Assembly: GCA_034723395.1 (NCBI GenBank) | Contig: JAYEOW010000006.1 | Location: forward strand, 1-52,604 | From: Candidatus Margulisiibacteriota bacterium | GTDB taxonomy: Bacteria > Margulisbacteria > WOR-1 > O2-12-FULL-45-9 | Length of the DNA: 52,604 nt | Reading direction: 5' to 3' | Shown here: one piece after another, positions 1-8,913 of the stretch | Numbering within the stretch: the stretch's first letter is position 1 | Layout of the letters: the number at the start of each line of letters is the position of its first letter | Position numbers and translations under genes: made by a program | The notes under the pieces: generated by a model | What the model saw: only the letters and a program-made list of their open reading frames with translations | Told to the model about the DNA's origin: nothing | Database searches by the model: none

Positions 1-763
1 TAAAATCTTCGCGGCCATGCCTATCCAACAATACTTCCCTTACTTCCGCGACTGCCACCGGCACCAGCTCTTCGGAGTTAGCTACGATCCCGATCTCAAT
101 AAGTTTATTTAATTTGAATACGTCCGATGCGGTGGTCACCGGGATTACCGCCATCCGGTCCATGTCAAACCCCATCATACTCCCCTTCTCGGCCATAATC
201 CCGATCACTAAAAATTTCCTCCCATTTAACCTCACCTTTTCACCGATCGGGGAAAAACTCCCAAACAACGCCCTGGCCACTTTCGTTCCCAGCACCACAA
301 CCTTACGCCGCATATCCTCATCCACAGCGGAGATAAACTTCCCCTCCGTTATCGGCCAGTTCATCTGCTCTACCATATTTTCAGTCACACCCATCAGCAT
401 CGGGACCGAATATGTTTTGTTCCTGTAGGTAAAGTCGGCCGGGCGGACGATCCGCGGATCAACATTTTGCACCGAAGGGCTTCTGGCCGCGATCGCCTTC
501 GCGTCCTGGTATGTTATCGGAGACGAAGCCGAGGCAATCCCCATCTCTCCTTCGTTTTTTCCAGCATGGACCTCCATGTAGGTGGGGCCGCTACCGATGG
601 TAGATATCTGCTCGTGCATATATCCCTTCATCCCCTCGCCTAATGTAACTAAACTGATCACGGCAAAAATGCCGATGATCACTCCCAGCATGGTCAAAAA
701 GCTGCGCATTCGTGACCGCATAATATCTTTGATCGCCATCGTAATTGCTTCTAAGATATTCAT
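1..763 (-). CDS. ABC transporter permease, MacB/FtsX family (3' end runs off window)
   Basis: Read by hand from ATG at 763: MNILEAITMAIKDIMRSRMRSFLTMLGVIIGIFAVISLVTLGEG; paralogous to 765-1973; not in the ORF track because there is no stop in the window. Confidence 0.9.
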   Translation of the reverse strand, partial: MNILEAITMAIKDIMRSRMRSFLTMLGVIIGIFAVISLVTLGEGMKGYMHEQISTIGSGPTYMEVHAGKNEGEMGIASASSPITYQDAKAIAARSPSVQNVDPRIVRPADFTYRNKTYSVPMLMGVTENMVEQMNWPITEGKFISAVDEDMRRKVVVLGTKVARALFGSFSPIGEKVRLNGRKFLVIGIMAEKGSMMGFDMDRMAVIPVTTASDVFKLNKLIEIGIVANSEELVPVAVAEVREVLLDRHGREDF

Positions 764-764
764 T

Positions 765-1973
765 TTACCCCCGCAACGCTTCCACCGGATCGAGCCAGGC
801 CGCCCGCATCGCCGGATATACCCCGGAAACGATACCAACGATCAGTGAAACCGTAAATCCAGCGATCACCGCTCCTAGTGAAGGGAGAAGAGATATCTTG
901 ATAAATACCCCAACCAGAAATAGGACCAGTGAGGAAAAGGCGATCCCAACAACCCCTCCCACCAGGCTGATCGATACCGCCTCAAGGACAAATTGAAGAA
1001 AAATATCGCTCTTCCGGGCGCCGACCGATTTACGGATACCGATCTCGCGGATCCGCTCGGTCGCTGCGACCAGCATAATGTTCATGATCCCGACACTTCC
1101 CACCAGCAGCGAGATCGCCGCGATCGCCGAGATCACCAAGGTCATCACCCCCATCACGCTATCGATCTGATTGAGCATATCGGTCGCCTTGCGGATCTGA
1201 AAATCTTCTTCGCCATGCCGTTCAAGTAAAACAGCTCTGATCTTTTTTTCGGCAGAATCAATATCGGATATATTTCTAACCACCGCCCAGGTTTCCGCTA
1301 TCTCAGAAGTATCAAAGAGATCTTCGGCAGTTGTAATTGGGAGCAATGCCATCTCATTGAGGTCGACCCCCATCAAAGTGCTCATTTCTTTCCCGATCCC
1401 GACAACCCTAAAGGTCACTCCATTTATTTTGACCTGCTCACTTAATGCCGGGAATGTCCCAAAAAGTTTTTCCTGGATTTTCTTGCCGATCACTACTATT
1501 TTTTTTCGATAAGCTACATCCAGCGGAGTAATAAATCTCCCTTCGGCGGCAACATCTTTGATCAGATGCCGATAATCGCCAGTCGTCCCAACAATCATAT
1601 TGGTTTCGTACTTTTTCTTCCCGTACCTAAACTCCCCACCCCCCATAATTGCCGGGACCACAGCCTTTAAATCCGGCACCCTTTCTTGTATAGCGTTAAT
1701 GTCACGCAGGGTAATGGAAGATTTGATCATCGCCGCCATCATACTCATCATCTGCTGTTCGCTCTCCGGGGCACCGTAGATCCCGAGCGCATTCGATCCG
1801 ATCCCAAAGGAGGACATCTGATCATAAATAAAATTTTTGGCACCCTGCCCCATACTCACCGTGGTAATAACGATAAAAACGCCGATGATCACTCCCAGCA
1901 TAGTAAGAAAGCTGCGCATAGGGTTGGCTCTTAAAGCCCGCATTGCCATGGGGAAAATAAGGAGAAGCCTCAC
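765..1973 (-). CDS. ABC transporter permease, MacB/FtsX family
   Basis: RSFLTMLGVIIG N-terminus, GIMNIMLVAATERIREIGIRKSVGA motif, C-terminal DPVEALR. Confidence 0.95.
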   Translation of the reverse strand: MRLLLIFPMAMRALRANPMRSFLTMLGVIIGVFIVITTVSMGQGAKNFIYDQMSSFGIGSNALGIYGAPESEQQMMSMMAAMIKSSITLRDINAIQERVPDLKAVVPAIMGGGEFRYGKKKYETNMIVGTTGDYRHLIKDVAAEGRFITPLDVAYRKKIVVIGKKIQEKLFGTFPALSEQVKINGVTFRVVGIGKEMSTLMGVDLNEMALLPITTAEDLFDTSEIAETWAVVRNISDIDSAEKKIRAVLLERHGEEDFQIRKATDMLNQIDSVMGVMTLVISAIAAISLLVGSVGIMNIMLVAATERIREIGIRKSVGARKSDIFLQFVLEAVSISLVGGVVGIAFSSLVLFLVGVFIKISLLPSLGAVIAGFTVSLIVGIVSGVYPAMRAAWLDPVEALRG

Positions 1974-1975
1974 GT

Positions 1976-2680
1976 TTAGCCTCCCAGGATTATTTGTTCA
2001 ATTGCTTTATCAAAATCAACTTTACCGTCGGTTAAATGGATATTCCGCTTCGTGCATCGCGCTATATCATGCTCGTGGGTAACCATAATGACCGTCGCTC
2101 CCTCGGAGTTTAATTCCTGAAAGATCATCATGATCTCTTCACTTGTTTTTGTATCGAGGTTCCCGGTGGGCTCATCCGCCAGGATGATCGATGGACCGAT
2201 CACCAGGGCGCGGGCGATGGCAACCCGCTGCCTTTCCCCTCCCGACATCTCAGGAGGGCGATGGTCGGCGCGATGCTCTAATCCCATCTTACTTAACACC
2301 TGGGCCGCTTTGTCCCGCATCTTCCGCGCTGAGAAATTACCATATATTAGCGGGAGCTCAACATTTTCGATCGCGCTCAAGCGCGGCAGAAGATTAAAAG
2401 TCTGAAAAACAAAACCGATCTTCTTACTCCTGATCTCGGCCAGCTGGCTGTCATCTAATTGAGAAACATTGATATCATCCAGAAAAACTTTTCCCGAATT
2501 TGGATGGTCGAGGCATCCGATTAGATGCAGCAAGGTCGATTTGCCGCAGCCGGAATGTCCGGTAATTGAGACGAATTCACCTTGATCTACATCAAATGTA
2601 ACTCCCTGCAAGGCAGGGACCTTGACCTCCCCCAAGAGATAAGTTTTTTTTAGGTCATCAACCTTAACAATTTTACTCAA
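1976..2680 (-). CDS. ABC transporter ATP-binding protein, MacB/LolD family
   Basis: Walker A GHSGCGKST, signature MSGGERQR, ILADEPTGNLD. Confidence 0.95.
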   Translation of the reverse strand: MSKIVKVDDLKKTYLLGEVKVPALQGVTFDVDQGEFVSITGHSGCGKSTLLHLIGCLDHPNSGKVFLDDINVSQLDDSQLAEIRSKKIGFVFQTFNLLPRLSAIENVELPLIYGNFSARKMRDKAAQVLSKMGLEHRADHRPPEMSGGERQRVAIARALVIGPSIILADEPTGNLDTKTSEEIMMIFQELNSEGATVIMVTHEHDIARCTKRNIHLTDGKVDFDKAIEQIILGG

Positions 2681-3647
2681 CGATCTTGGCCTTTTCTTTA
2701 TCTTTTAGTTTATCAAGATTCGAGATCGCAACCCTCTCACCCAAAGTAAGCCCCTTTAAAATCTCTACCTTCTCTGCATCCTTGATTCCCAATTCGACCC
2801 GTTTTTCAAATAAGCGGTCCTTATCCACTACAAAAACAACTCTCTTGCCCGCCCTTAAGGTTACCGCCTCGCGCGGCACGACCAATACACCCTTTTTCTC
2901 GCCGGTAATGATCTCAGCATAAACCGACATCCCTGGCCGGAGCATTTTCTTGCCGTCCAGAAATCTGACCTTCCCCCGAAAGACCAAGTCTTCTTCGTCC
3001 ATTCGCACCCGTCCGCCAACCTTCTTTAACTCCGCCTTTTTGTTGATCCAGGTAATCTCCCCAAAAAACTCCTTATCGGTAAAAGCGTCCGTGGTAAACC
3101 GCACCTTCTGCCCGACTTTTGCGACCGCTATGTCAACTTCATCAACTTGGATCTCAACCCAGGGATGGTCAATATCTACGACGGTCATTACCGGTACTCC
3201 AGGTGAAATTGCTTCCCCGGGGATTACCGATTTTTCCGCAACGATCCCGGAAAACGGGGCTACTACACGAGCATTATCTACTGCTGTTTTAGCCCGCTCC
3301 GTCTCCAGATCACTAACAAAACCTTGCGAGTGAAGTTTTCGGAGCCTGTCATACTCTTTCCGCGCCTGGTTGTAGCCATCCAGTTTAACCAATACCTGCC
3401 CTTTCCTGACCCGGTCACCTTCTTCTGCGCCAACCCATTCTACCCGGCCGGCCATTCGCGCGCTCCCCAACTCAACTGAGTTTGCTCTAACCAATCCCGA
3501 AGAAGAAATAGTACTGAGAATATTCCCCTTTCTAACCTCTGCAACTCCAACCTCAACACTGCCACCCCGCATACGCATAGTAATAAAGATCGCAATAATC
3601 ACTAAAACTACTACAATCCCGATAATCCACTTTTTATTCTTAAACAT
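2673..3647 (-). CDS. Efflux periplasmic adaptor (MacA-like membrane fusion protein)
   Basis: N-terminal membrane anchor, EGDRVRKGQVL, APFSGIV, LRPGM motifs. Confidence 0.92.
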   Translation of the reverse strand: MFKNKKWIIGIVVVLVIIAIFITMRMRGGSVEVGVAEVRKGNILSTISSSGLVRANSVELGSARMAGRVEWVGAEEGDRVRKGQVLVKLDGYNQARKEYDRLRKLHSQGFVSDLETERAKTAVDNARVVAPFSGIVAEKSVIPGEAISPGVPVMTVVDIDHPWVEIQVDEVDIAVAKVGQKVRFTTDAFTDKEFFGEITWINKKAELKKVGGRVRMDEEDLVFRGKVRFLDGKKMLRPGMSVYAEIITGEKKGVLVVPREAVTLRAGKRVVFVVDKDRLFEKRVELGIKDAEKVEILKGLTLGERVAISNLDKLKDKEKAKIVE

Positions 3648-4972
3648 TAATAGATATCCCTCCCTATCACTTTATTTATTTTCGCCTTGGCGATTTGCAG
3701 GTCATGTTCCGACTGCAGATGTTCGATCCTTGCCCGGGTAACAGCCACCTGGGCATCGATCATTTCAAGATTGGTCCCAACGCCCGACTTATAACGGAGG
3801 TCAGCAATCTTTAGGTTTTCCCCCGCCAACTCAAGCGCTTTTTGAGTACCCTTTATATTCTCCAACGAACTGCTTATCGCAAAATTCGCATCTTTTACCT
3901 CTAGTGCGATCCCTTTTTTTATTTCGATCTCATTTGCCCGATTAGCTTCTAATTTTGCATTTGCCTCTTTAATCCTGTTCCAGGTGGCGCTCCCGTCAAA
4001 GATATTCCAGCTGCCGGAGACCATCGCCGTCCAGGTCCGCTGGTCGCTTTTAAACGATTCATACTTGGTCGATCCGATATCATATTGGCCGACGAGGGAG
4101 AGCATCGGCCAAAGGTCGCTCCGGACCATCCCAACTTCATCTTCGGATATTTTATTTGCGAGGATATACTGTTTCCAATCCGGCCGCTCTTCATAGGCTA
4201 TCTTTAATATATCTTCATATTCATAAAGCGGCACATATTCGGATTCGGATTTGAATTCAACTTCGGCAAGCTCAACCGAACTGTTTAGATCCCTGCCTAA
4301 AATGTTATTGAAATAATTCTTGGCGATCTCAAACCCCTGTTTTGCTTTGGAGAGGGCAATTTCGGCATTGGCAACCTGGACTTCGTCTCTTAGGGTCTCC
4401 GCCCGGGTCGACATCCCCACATTTTTCAAAGCTTTGGCATGACTTAGGTGGCTATTGGCCATATCTACCGATTCCCTGCTTAGCTTAACGAATTTTTTTG
4501 CTTTTAAAACATCATAATAAGCCTTGATAACACTAAATTTCACATTGTGCGAGACCTTCTTGAACTCTTCAACAGCAACTCTCAGTCCCTTCTTTGCCAT
4601 CGCCAGGCCGCTGGATAGTCTACCGCCGGTAAAAAGCGATTGGGTAAGCGAAGCCGAATAGTTGGCCATATCCGCCTGTTCATCTACTCCATAAGTGAAT
4701 ACGGAAGGAGTTCCCATCAAAGTCATCTCAACCGTCATCGGCGCGGAATAAGTTTTCCCAACGTTCGCGTTTAACGATAAATGGGGAAGAAAGCCGGCAA
4801 CCGCCTGCCCTACCTGCCCCTCCGCGGCAACGATATCCGCCCTGGCCTTCAACATGACAGGACTTTTTTCAAAAGCGATCAGGATACTTTTTTCCAAGGT
4901 CAGGTCTTCCTGCGCAGAACAAATTCCGATAAGAAGAAAAAAGACAAAAATAATTATACTGAAGCGTCTCAC
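3647..4972 (-). CDS. TolC family outer membrane efflux protein
   Basis: Signal peptide, two OEP repeats, RYKSGVGTNLEMIDAQ; GTG start at 4972 preferred because GGAGGT lies just upstream. Confidence 0.9.
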   Translation of the reverse strand: MRRFSIIIFVFFLLIGICSAQEDLTLEKSILIAFEKSPVMLKARADIVAAEGQVGQAVAGFLPHLSLNANVGKTYSAPMTVEMTLMGTPSVFTYGVDEQADMANYSASLTQSLFTGGRLSSGLAMAKKGLRVAVEEFKKVSHNVKFSVIKAYYDVLKAKKFVKLSRESVDMANSHLSHAKALKNVGMSTRAETLRDEVQVANAEIALSKAKQGFEIAKNYFNNILGRDLNSSVELAEVEFKSESEYVPLYEYEDILKIAYEERPDWKQYILANKISEDEVGMVRSDLWPMLSLVGQYDIGSTKYESFKSDQRTWTAMVSGSWNIFDGSATWNRIKEANAKLEANRANEIEIKKGIALEVKDANFAISSSLENIKGTQKALELAGENLKIADLRYKSGVGTNLEMIDAQVAVTRARIEHLQSEHDLQIAKAKINKVIGRDIY

Positions 4973-5014
4973 GCTTTCACCTCCGTGAATAAACATATTC
5001 TACAATATTTTGCA

Positions 5015-5715
5015 TCAGGAAAACAACAAGTTATATCCCTTTAAAATACCATCACAAACCATCTGTTTGAGGTTTTTGAAATCTCCGAGATCGCCTTTAC
5101 TTAAAGCAAGGTAATATTTATACCTATCCACGACCTCGATTATCGCCGGCGGAAATCCTCTGCTCAAAAGCTGGGTAAGCATTAGTATCCTTCCCACCCT
5201 CCCGCTCCCGTCAAAAAAGGGGTGGATCGCCTCAAACTCATAATGGTCGCAGCCGACTTTTTCGATTATATTCCCGCTATAATTGTTAATTCCTCTGATT
5301 AATTTTCTCATTTGAGAAGGGACCTCCTGTGCAGTCGGAAGCTTTTTCTCGGTAATGGAGTTTTAAGATAAACTTTTCGATTATCTTGTAATTTGGCTTT
5401 ATCTCTTCCAGCATGTAAAGGAGTGCATTGTGATGGTTTATCGCTTCCAGCCCTTCAAACAGCTCTTTTCCCCGCACTTTTTCCCCCTCAATCGCCATCT
5501 CGGTCTCCTTAAGGGTCATCCGGCTCCCTTCGATCGCATTTGAATTATAAGTCATTAACAGGAACAGCTTATCCCGCATCTCTCTGTTTTCTTTTAGCAA
5601 CCTAATAGGATCTTTAATCGTTTTTTTTATCTATAAATCCAATCCGACAGATCTATATAATCTTTAAATAATTCATCAATGCCCCTCGCTTGGGCAGGAT
5701 GAGGTTTTACCCCTA
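5015..5715 (-). pseudogene. Fic family protein, fragmented
   Basis: TYNSNAIEGS in 5286-5600 and HPFFDGSGRVGR in 5015-5311 are in different frames; a further upstream fragment GVKPHPAQARGIDELFKDYID is separated by a shift at the A-run near 5621-5630. Confidence 0.85.
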
Positions 5716-5873
5716 TAAAATATGAAATGTCATATTGTGAGCAGGTTTGCGGAATGTCGTAATTCAATATCATCGATCAAGCGGCGGTACATGATGGTGT
5801 ATTGTAGCTTATTTCCCTATAACATGAAATCCCGACTTACTTCTAATGATATATGATTGAGGTAAATTATTAG

Positions 5874-7430
5874 ATGCCAATCACATTTAACTGCCGGTCA
5901 AAGGGATGCATAAGAGCATTAACAAATAATGATTATATTGCAAAACTCACCAAGTCCCTTAGAAGGACCAGGAATCCTAGCGATGCAATTACCATATTGC
6001 GTGAAGCTTATAAAATAGCTCCAAAGAATGTTAGAGTAACCACTGAACTTGGAACTTGCTTCCGGCAGTTAAAGAAATTTAGAACTGCCAGAGAGTGGTT
6101 TCACAAAACCTTGGCGATCGATCCTAGAGATTCATTTGCTCATAACTCCATTGGACAAACCTTCCTGGCCGAAGGAAACACCTCCGCTGCCAGAGAGTGG
6201 TTTCATAAGACCTTAAGGATCCGTCCCAGAGATTTAGCCGCTCATAACTCTATCGGCCAAAGCTTCCTTGCCGAAGGGAAGACCTCCACGGCCAGAGAGT
6301 GGTTTCATAAAACCTTAAAGATCGATCCTGAAAATTTGATTGCTCACGCCTCTATTGGCCAAACCTTCCTCGCCGAAGGGAAGACCTCCGCAGCCAGAGA
6401 GTGGTTTCACAAAACCCTGGCGATCGATCCCAAAAATTTGGTCGCTCACTCTTGCATCGGACAAACCTTCCTTGCCGAAGGGAAAACTTCCACTGCCAGA
6501 GAGTGGTTTCATAAGACCTTAAGGATCCGTCCCAGAGATTTAGCCGCTCACACCTCCATTGGGCAGAGCTACCTGGCTGAAGGCAATATCCCGGTTGCCA
6601 GAGAGTGGTTTCATAAAACCTTAAAGATCGATCCTGAAAATTTGATCGCTCACGCCTCTATTGGCCAAACCTTCCTCGCCGAAGGGAAGACCTCCGCAGC
6701 CAGAGAGTGGTTTCACAAAACCCTGGCGATCGATCCCAAAAATTTGGTCGCTCACTCTTGCATCGGACAAACCTTCCTTGCCGAAGGGAAAACTTCCACT
6801 GCCAGAGAGTGGTTTCATAAGACCTTAAGGATCCGTCCCAGAGATTTAGCCGCTCACACCTCCATTGGGCAGAGCTACCTGGCTGAAGGCAATATCCCGG
6901 TTGCCAGAGAGTGGTTTCATAAAACCTTAAAGATCGATCCTGAAAATTTGATCGCTCACGCCTCTATTGGCCAAACCTTCCTCGCCGAAGGGAAGACCTC
7001 CGCAGCCAGAGAGTGGTTCCATAAAACCCTGGTGATCGATCCCAAAGATTTGGTTGCTAAACTATTTTTAGCAAAAATACTTTTTATAGAAAATAATAAG
7101 GCGAAAGCCAAAGAACTCATTTTTAAAATAATCAGCAAGGAATTTAACCCGGCCGCTTTAGTGTTGTTGGCTTTAATTTCTCCGCGGGACTTTGAAAGGA
7201 GTGTCAAAATTGCAAAAACTGCCCTGCCAAACTACCTGCAGGCTGTTCTTGATAACATTCAGTCTACAGCGCAAAGCGGAAAAGATCACCTGGAAAAACT
7301 ATTTGAGCAAGAGATATCAAAAGATTTTACAAGCAGAGGCCTATGGAAAAGTAAATTTTGGACAATGCCCGAATATCCGGTACCTGTTAATACTCTTGCT
7401 AGTATAGTAACCGGCATATCCACTAGCTAA
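5874..7430 (+). CDS. Tetratricopeptide repeat protein with near-identical 34-aa repeats
   Basis: Repeat AREWFHKTLxIxPxxxxAHxxIGQxxLAEGxxxx; GAGGT SD upstream. Confidence 0.92.
   Translation: MPITFNCRSKGCIRALTNNDYIAKLTKSLRRTRNPSDAITILREAYKIAPKNVRVTTELGTCFRQLKKFRTAREWFHKTLAIDPRDSFAHNSIGQTFLAEGNTSAAREWFHKTLRIRPRDLAAHNSIGQSFLAEGKTSTAREWFHKTLKIDPENLIAHASIGQTFLAEGKTSAAREWFHKTLAIDPKNLVAHSCIGQTFLAEGKTSTAREWFHKTLRIRPRDLAAHTSIGQSYLAEGNIPVAREWFHKTLKIDPENLIAHASIGQTFLAEGKTSAAREWFHKTLAIDPKNLVAHSCIGQTFLAEGKTSTAREWFHKTLRIRPRDLAAHTSIGQSYLAEGNIPVAREWFHKTLKIDPENLIAHASIGQTFLAEGKTSAAREWFHKTLVIDPKDLVAKLFLAKILFIENNKAKAKELIFKIISKEFNPAALVLLALISPRDFERSVKIAKTALPNYLQAVLDNIQSTAQSGKDHLEKLFEQEISKDFTSRGLWKSKFWTMPEYPVPVNTLASIVTGISTS
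6087..7045 (+). repeat. 102-bp tandem repeat array with a 306-bp higher-order unit
   Basis: Anchor GCCAGAGAGTGGTT at 6087, 6189, 6291, 6393, 6495, 6597, 6699, 6801, 6903, 7005; 6291-6596 and 6597-6902 are almost identical. Confidence 0.95.
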
Positions 7431-7488
7431 GCTACAGGGGGAGGGGGAACCATGTGCCTTAAATTTCCTTTCCAAGTCTAATCCGGGT

Positions 7489-7515
7489 GAAATTTTTAAA
7501 GGGGGGTGCCGATAT
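7489..7515 (+). promoter_or_regulatory. Putative sigma-28-like promoter
   Basis: GAAA-N15-GCCGATAT upstream of the TPR paralog. Confidence 0.4.
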
Positions 7516-7595
7516 ATATTTGGTGGAGTTGGTGGCCGCAGGGGAAACTCTCGAAGCCCGCAGGGCTGAGAGATTAACTTGAGGTAAATAATTAT

Positions 7596-8109
7596 ATGCC
7601 AATCACATTTAACTGCCGGTCAAAAGAATGTTAGAGTAATTAATGAATTTGGAGCTTGCTTCCGGCAGTTAAAGAAATTTAGAACTGCCAGAGTCTGGTT
7701 CAATAAAACCTTAAAGATCGATCCCAGAAATTTAGTCGCTCATAACTCCATCGGACAAACCTTCCTGGCCGAAGGAAACACCTCCGCTGCCAGAGAGTGG
7801 TTTAATAAAACTTTAACTATTAATCCCAGAGATTTAGTCGCCAAATTATTTTTAGCAAAAATATCCTTTATAGGAAAAAATAATACCGAAGCCAAGGAAC
7901 TCATATTCGAAATAATCAGCAGGAAATTCAATCCGGCTGCTCTGGTGCTATTAGCTCTAATTTCTCCTCAGGATTTTGAAAGGATCATCCAAACTGCCAG
8001 AACTATCCTGCCAGAATACCAGCGTGCAGTTCTTGACAATATTCAATTTGCAGCGCAAAGCGGAGAAGACAACTTAGAACAATTATTTGAACAAAAAATA
8101 ACAAAATAA
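7596..8109 (+). pseudogene. Decayed paralog of the TPR gene
   Basis: Same SD and start (ATGCCAATCACATTTAACTGCCGGTCAAA), net 122-bp deletion giving an early TAG, one repeat interval, and a homologous C-terminal domain ending TAA at 8109. Confidence 0.9.
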
Positions 8110-8118
8110 CAGGTATTC

Positions 8119-8235
8119 CTAAACCTTAGCAGCCTTAATAATCTTCTTAGCCAGCGCCACCGCCCCTACCGCCTGCCCCTCGGGCTGAGGCCCTTCGGGA
8201 CGAAGCCGGCAGGCAGGCATCCATACTGTAATCAG
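8119..8235 (-). repeat. Displaced duplicate of the metH 3' end
   Basis: 8129-8172 matches 8924-8967 at 43/44 nt; translates to DYSMDA|VGAVALAKKIIKAAKV* versus NYSMDAVGAVALAKKIIKAARK*. Confidence 0.9.
8172..8217. repeat. REP-like palindromic insert CCTGCC...GGCAGG with a nested hairpin
   Basis: 46 bp absent from the intact metH copy; 6-bp terminal inverted repeat. Confidence 0.8.
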
Positions 8236-8264
8236 TTGTAAATATAAATTCACCATGTTAAACT
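8236..8264 (+). promoter_or_regulatory. Sigma-70-type promoter, probably leaderless transcript
   Basis: TTGTAA-N17-TAAACT with TG extension, 6 nt before ATG 8271. Confidence 0.6.
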
Positions 8265-8270
8265 TTTCCC

Positions 8271-8459
8271 ATGAAAAAGAAATCTCTGAAAAAGCCCCTC
8301 GACTCCGCTCGGGATAAACAGGAAGAAAAAGATATAAAAGAGAACATTAGGTGGTTTTCCAAGTTTTCACTTGAGAAGCGATTTAAGATAGCATTTGATC
8401 AAATAAAATCCATAAAAATTCTTAGGGGTATGACAATAAAAAAACATGGATCTAGTTGA
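8271..8459 (+). CDS. Small basic protein, partner of the nucleotidyltransferase
   Basis: 62 aa, WFSKFSLEKRFK motif, overlaps the start of the next gene. Confidence 0.7.
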   Translation: MKKKSLKKPLDSARDKQEEKDIKENIRWFSKFSLEKRFKIAFDQIKSIKILRGMTIKKHGSS

Positions 8460-8913
8460 ACCGCTTCAATTTTTAAATGGTATCCACAAAAATGGTGTGC
8501 GCTATTTACTTATCGGACGACAGTCCGTAATCGCTTACGGCGGACCGATGCAAACTATGGATTATGACATCTACGTTGATAAAAGCAAAAAGAATATTGA
8601 TTTACTGTTAAAAATAGCTAAAAAATACGATCTGTATCCGAGCTTGTCAAAAGAAGCGATAAAAAAGCATTTCAAATTCAAACTTGAAAATGATTACGCC
8701 ATCGACGTGTTTTATACTAAATATTTTTCCATCGGAGAAGGAAAAAAAGTTTCGTTTGATGAATTATACAGCAGACGAAATGTAATTAAGGGCGAAACCG
8801 GGGTCGAGATAAACTTGCCTGCAATTGACGATCTAATCGCGCTAAAAAAACTGCGCTCTTCAGTAAAGGACCTTGAAGACATAAAATACCTGAAAGCGCT
8901 TAAGAAAAAATAA
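8446..8913 (+). CDS. Nucleotidyltransferase (DUF6036/AbiEii-like, toxin-antitoxin type)
   Basis: YLLIGRQSVIAYG...TMDYDI and IDDLIALKK...KDLEDI motifs. Confidence 0.8.
   Translation: MDLVEPLQFLNGIHKNGVRYLLIGRQSVIAYGGPMQTMDYDIYVDKSKKNIDLLLKIAKKYDLYPSLSKEAIKKHFKFKLENDYAIDVFYTKYFSIGEGKKVSFDELYSRRNVIKGETGVEINLPAIDDLIALKKLRSSVKDLEDIKYLKALKKK

Noticed and set aside
6087..7045. CRISPR array
   Set aside because: The period is 102 bp in frame within a CDS and the intervening sequences are homologous, not unique spacers
7521..7550. Possible reverse tRNA 3' end (TGGTGGAG..TGGTGGCC)
   Set aside because: No T-loop or cloverleaf follows
5874..8109. Diversity-generating retroelement (TPR gene as target, downstream copy as template repeat)
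   Set aside because: Mismatches are not adenine-specific (many T/C and G/A changes), homology spans the whole gene, and no reverse transcriptase is in the window
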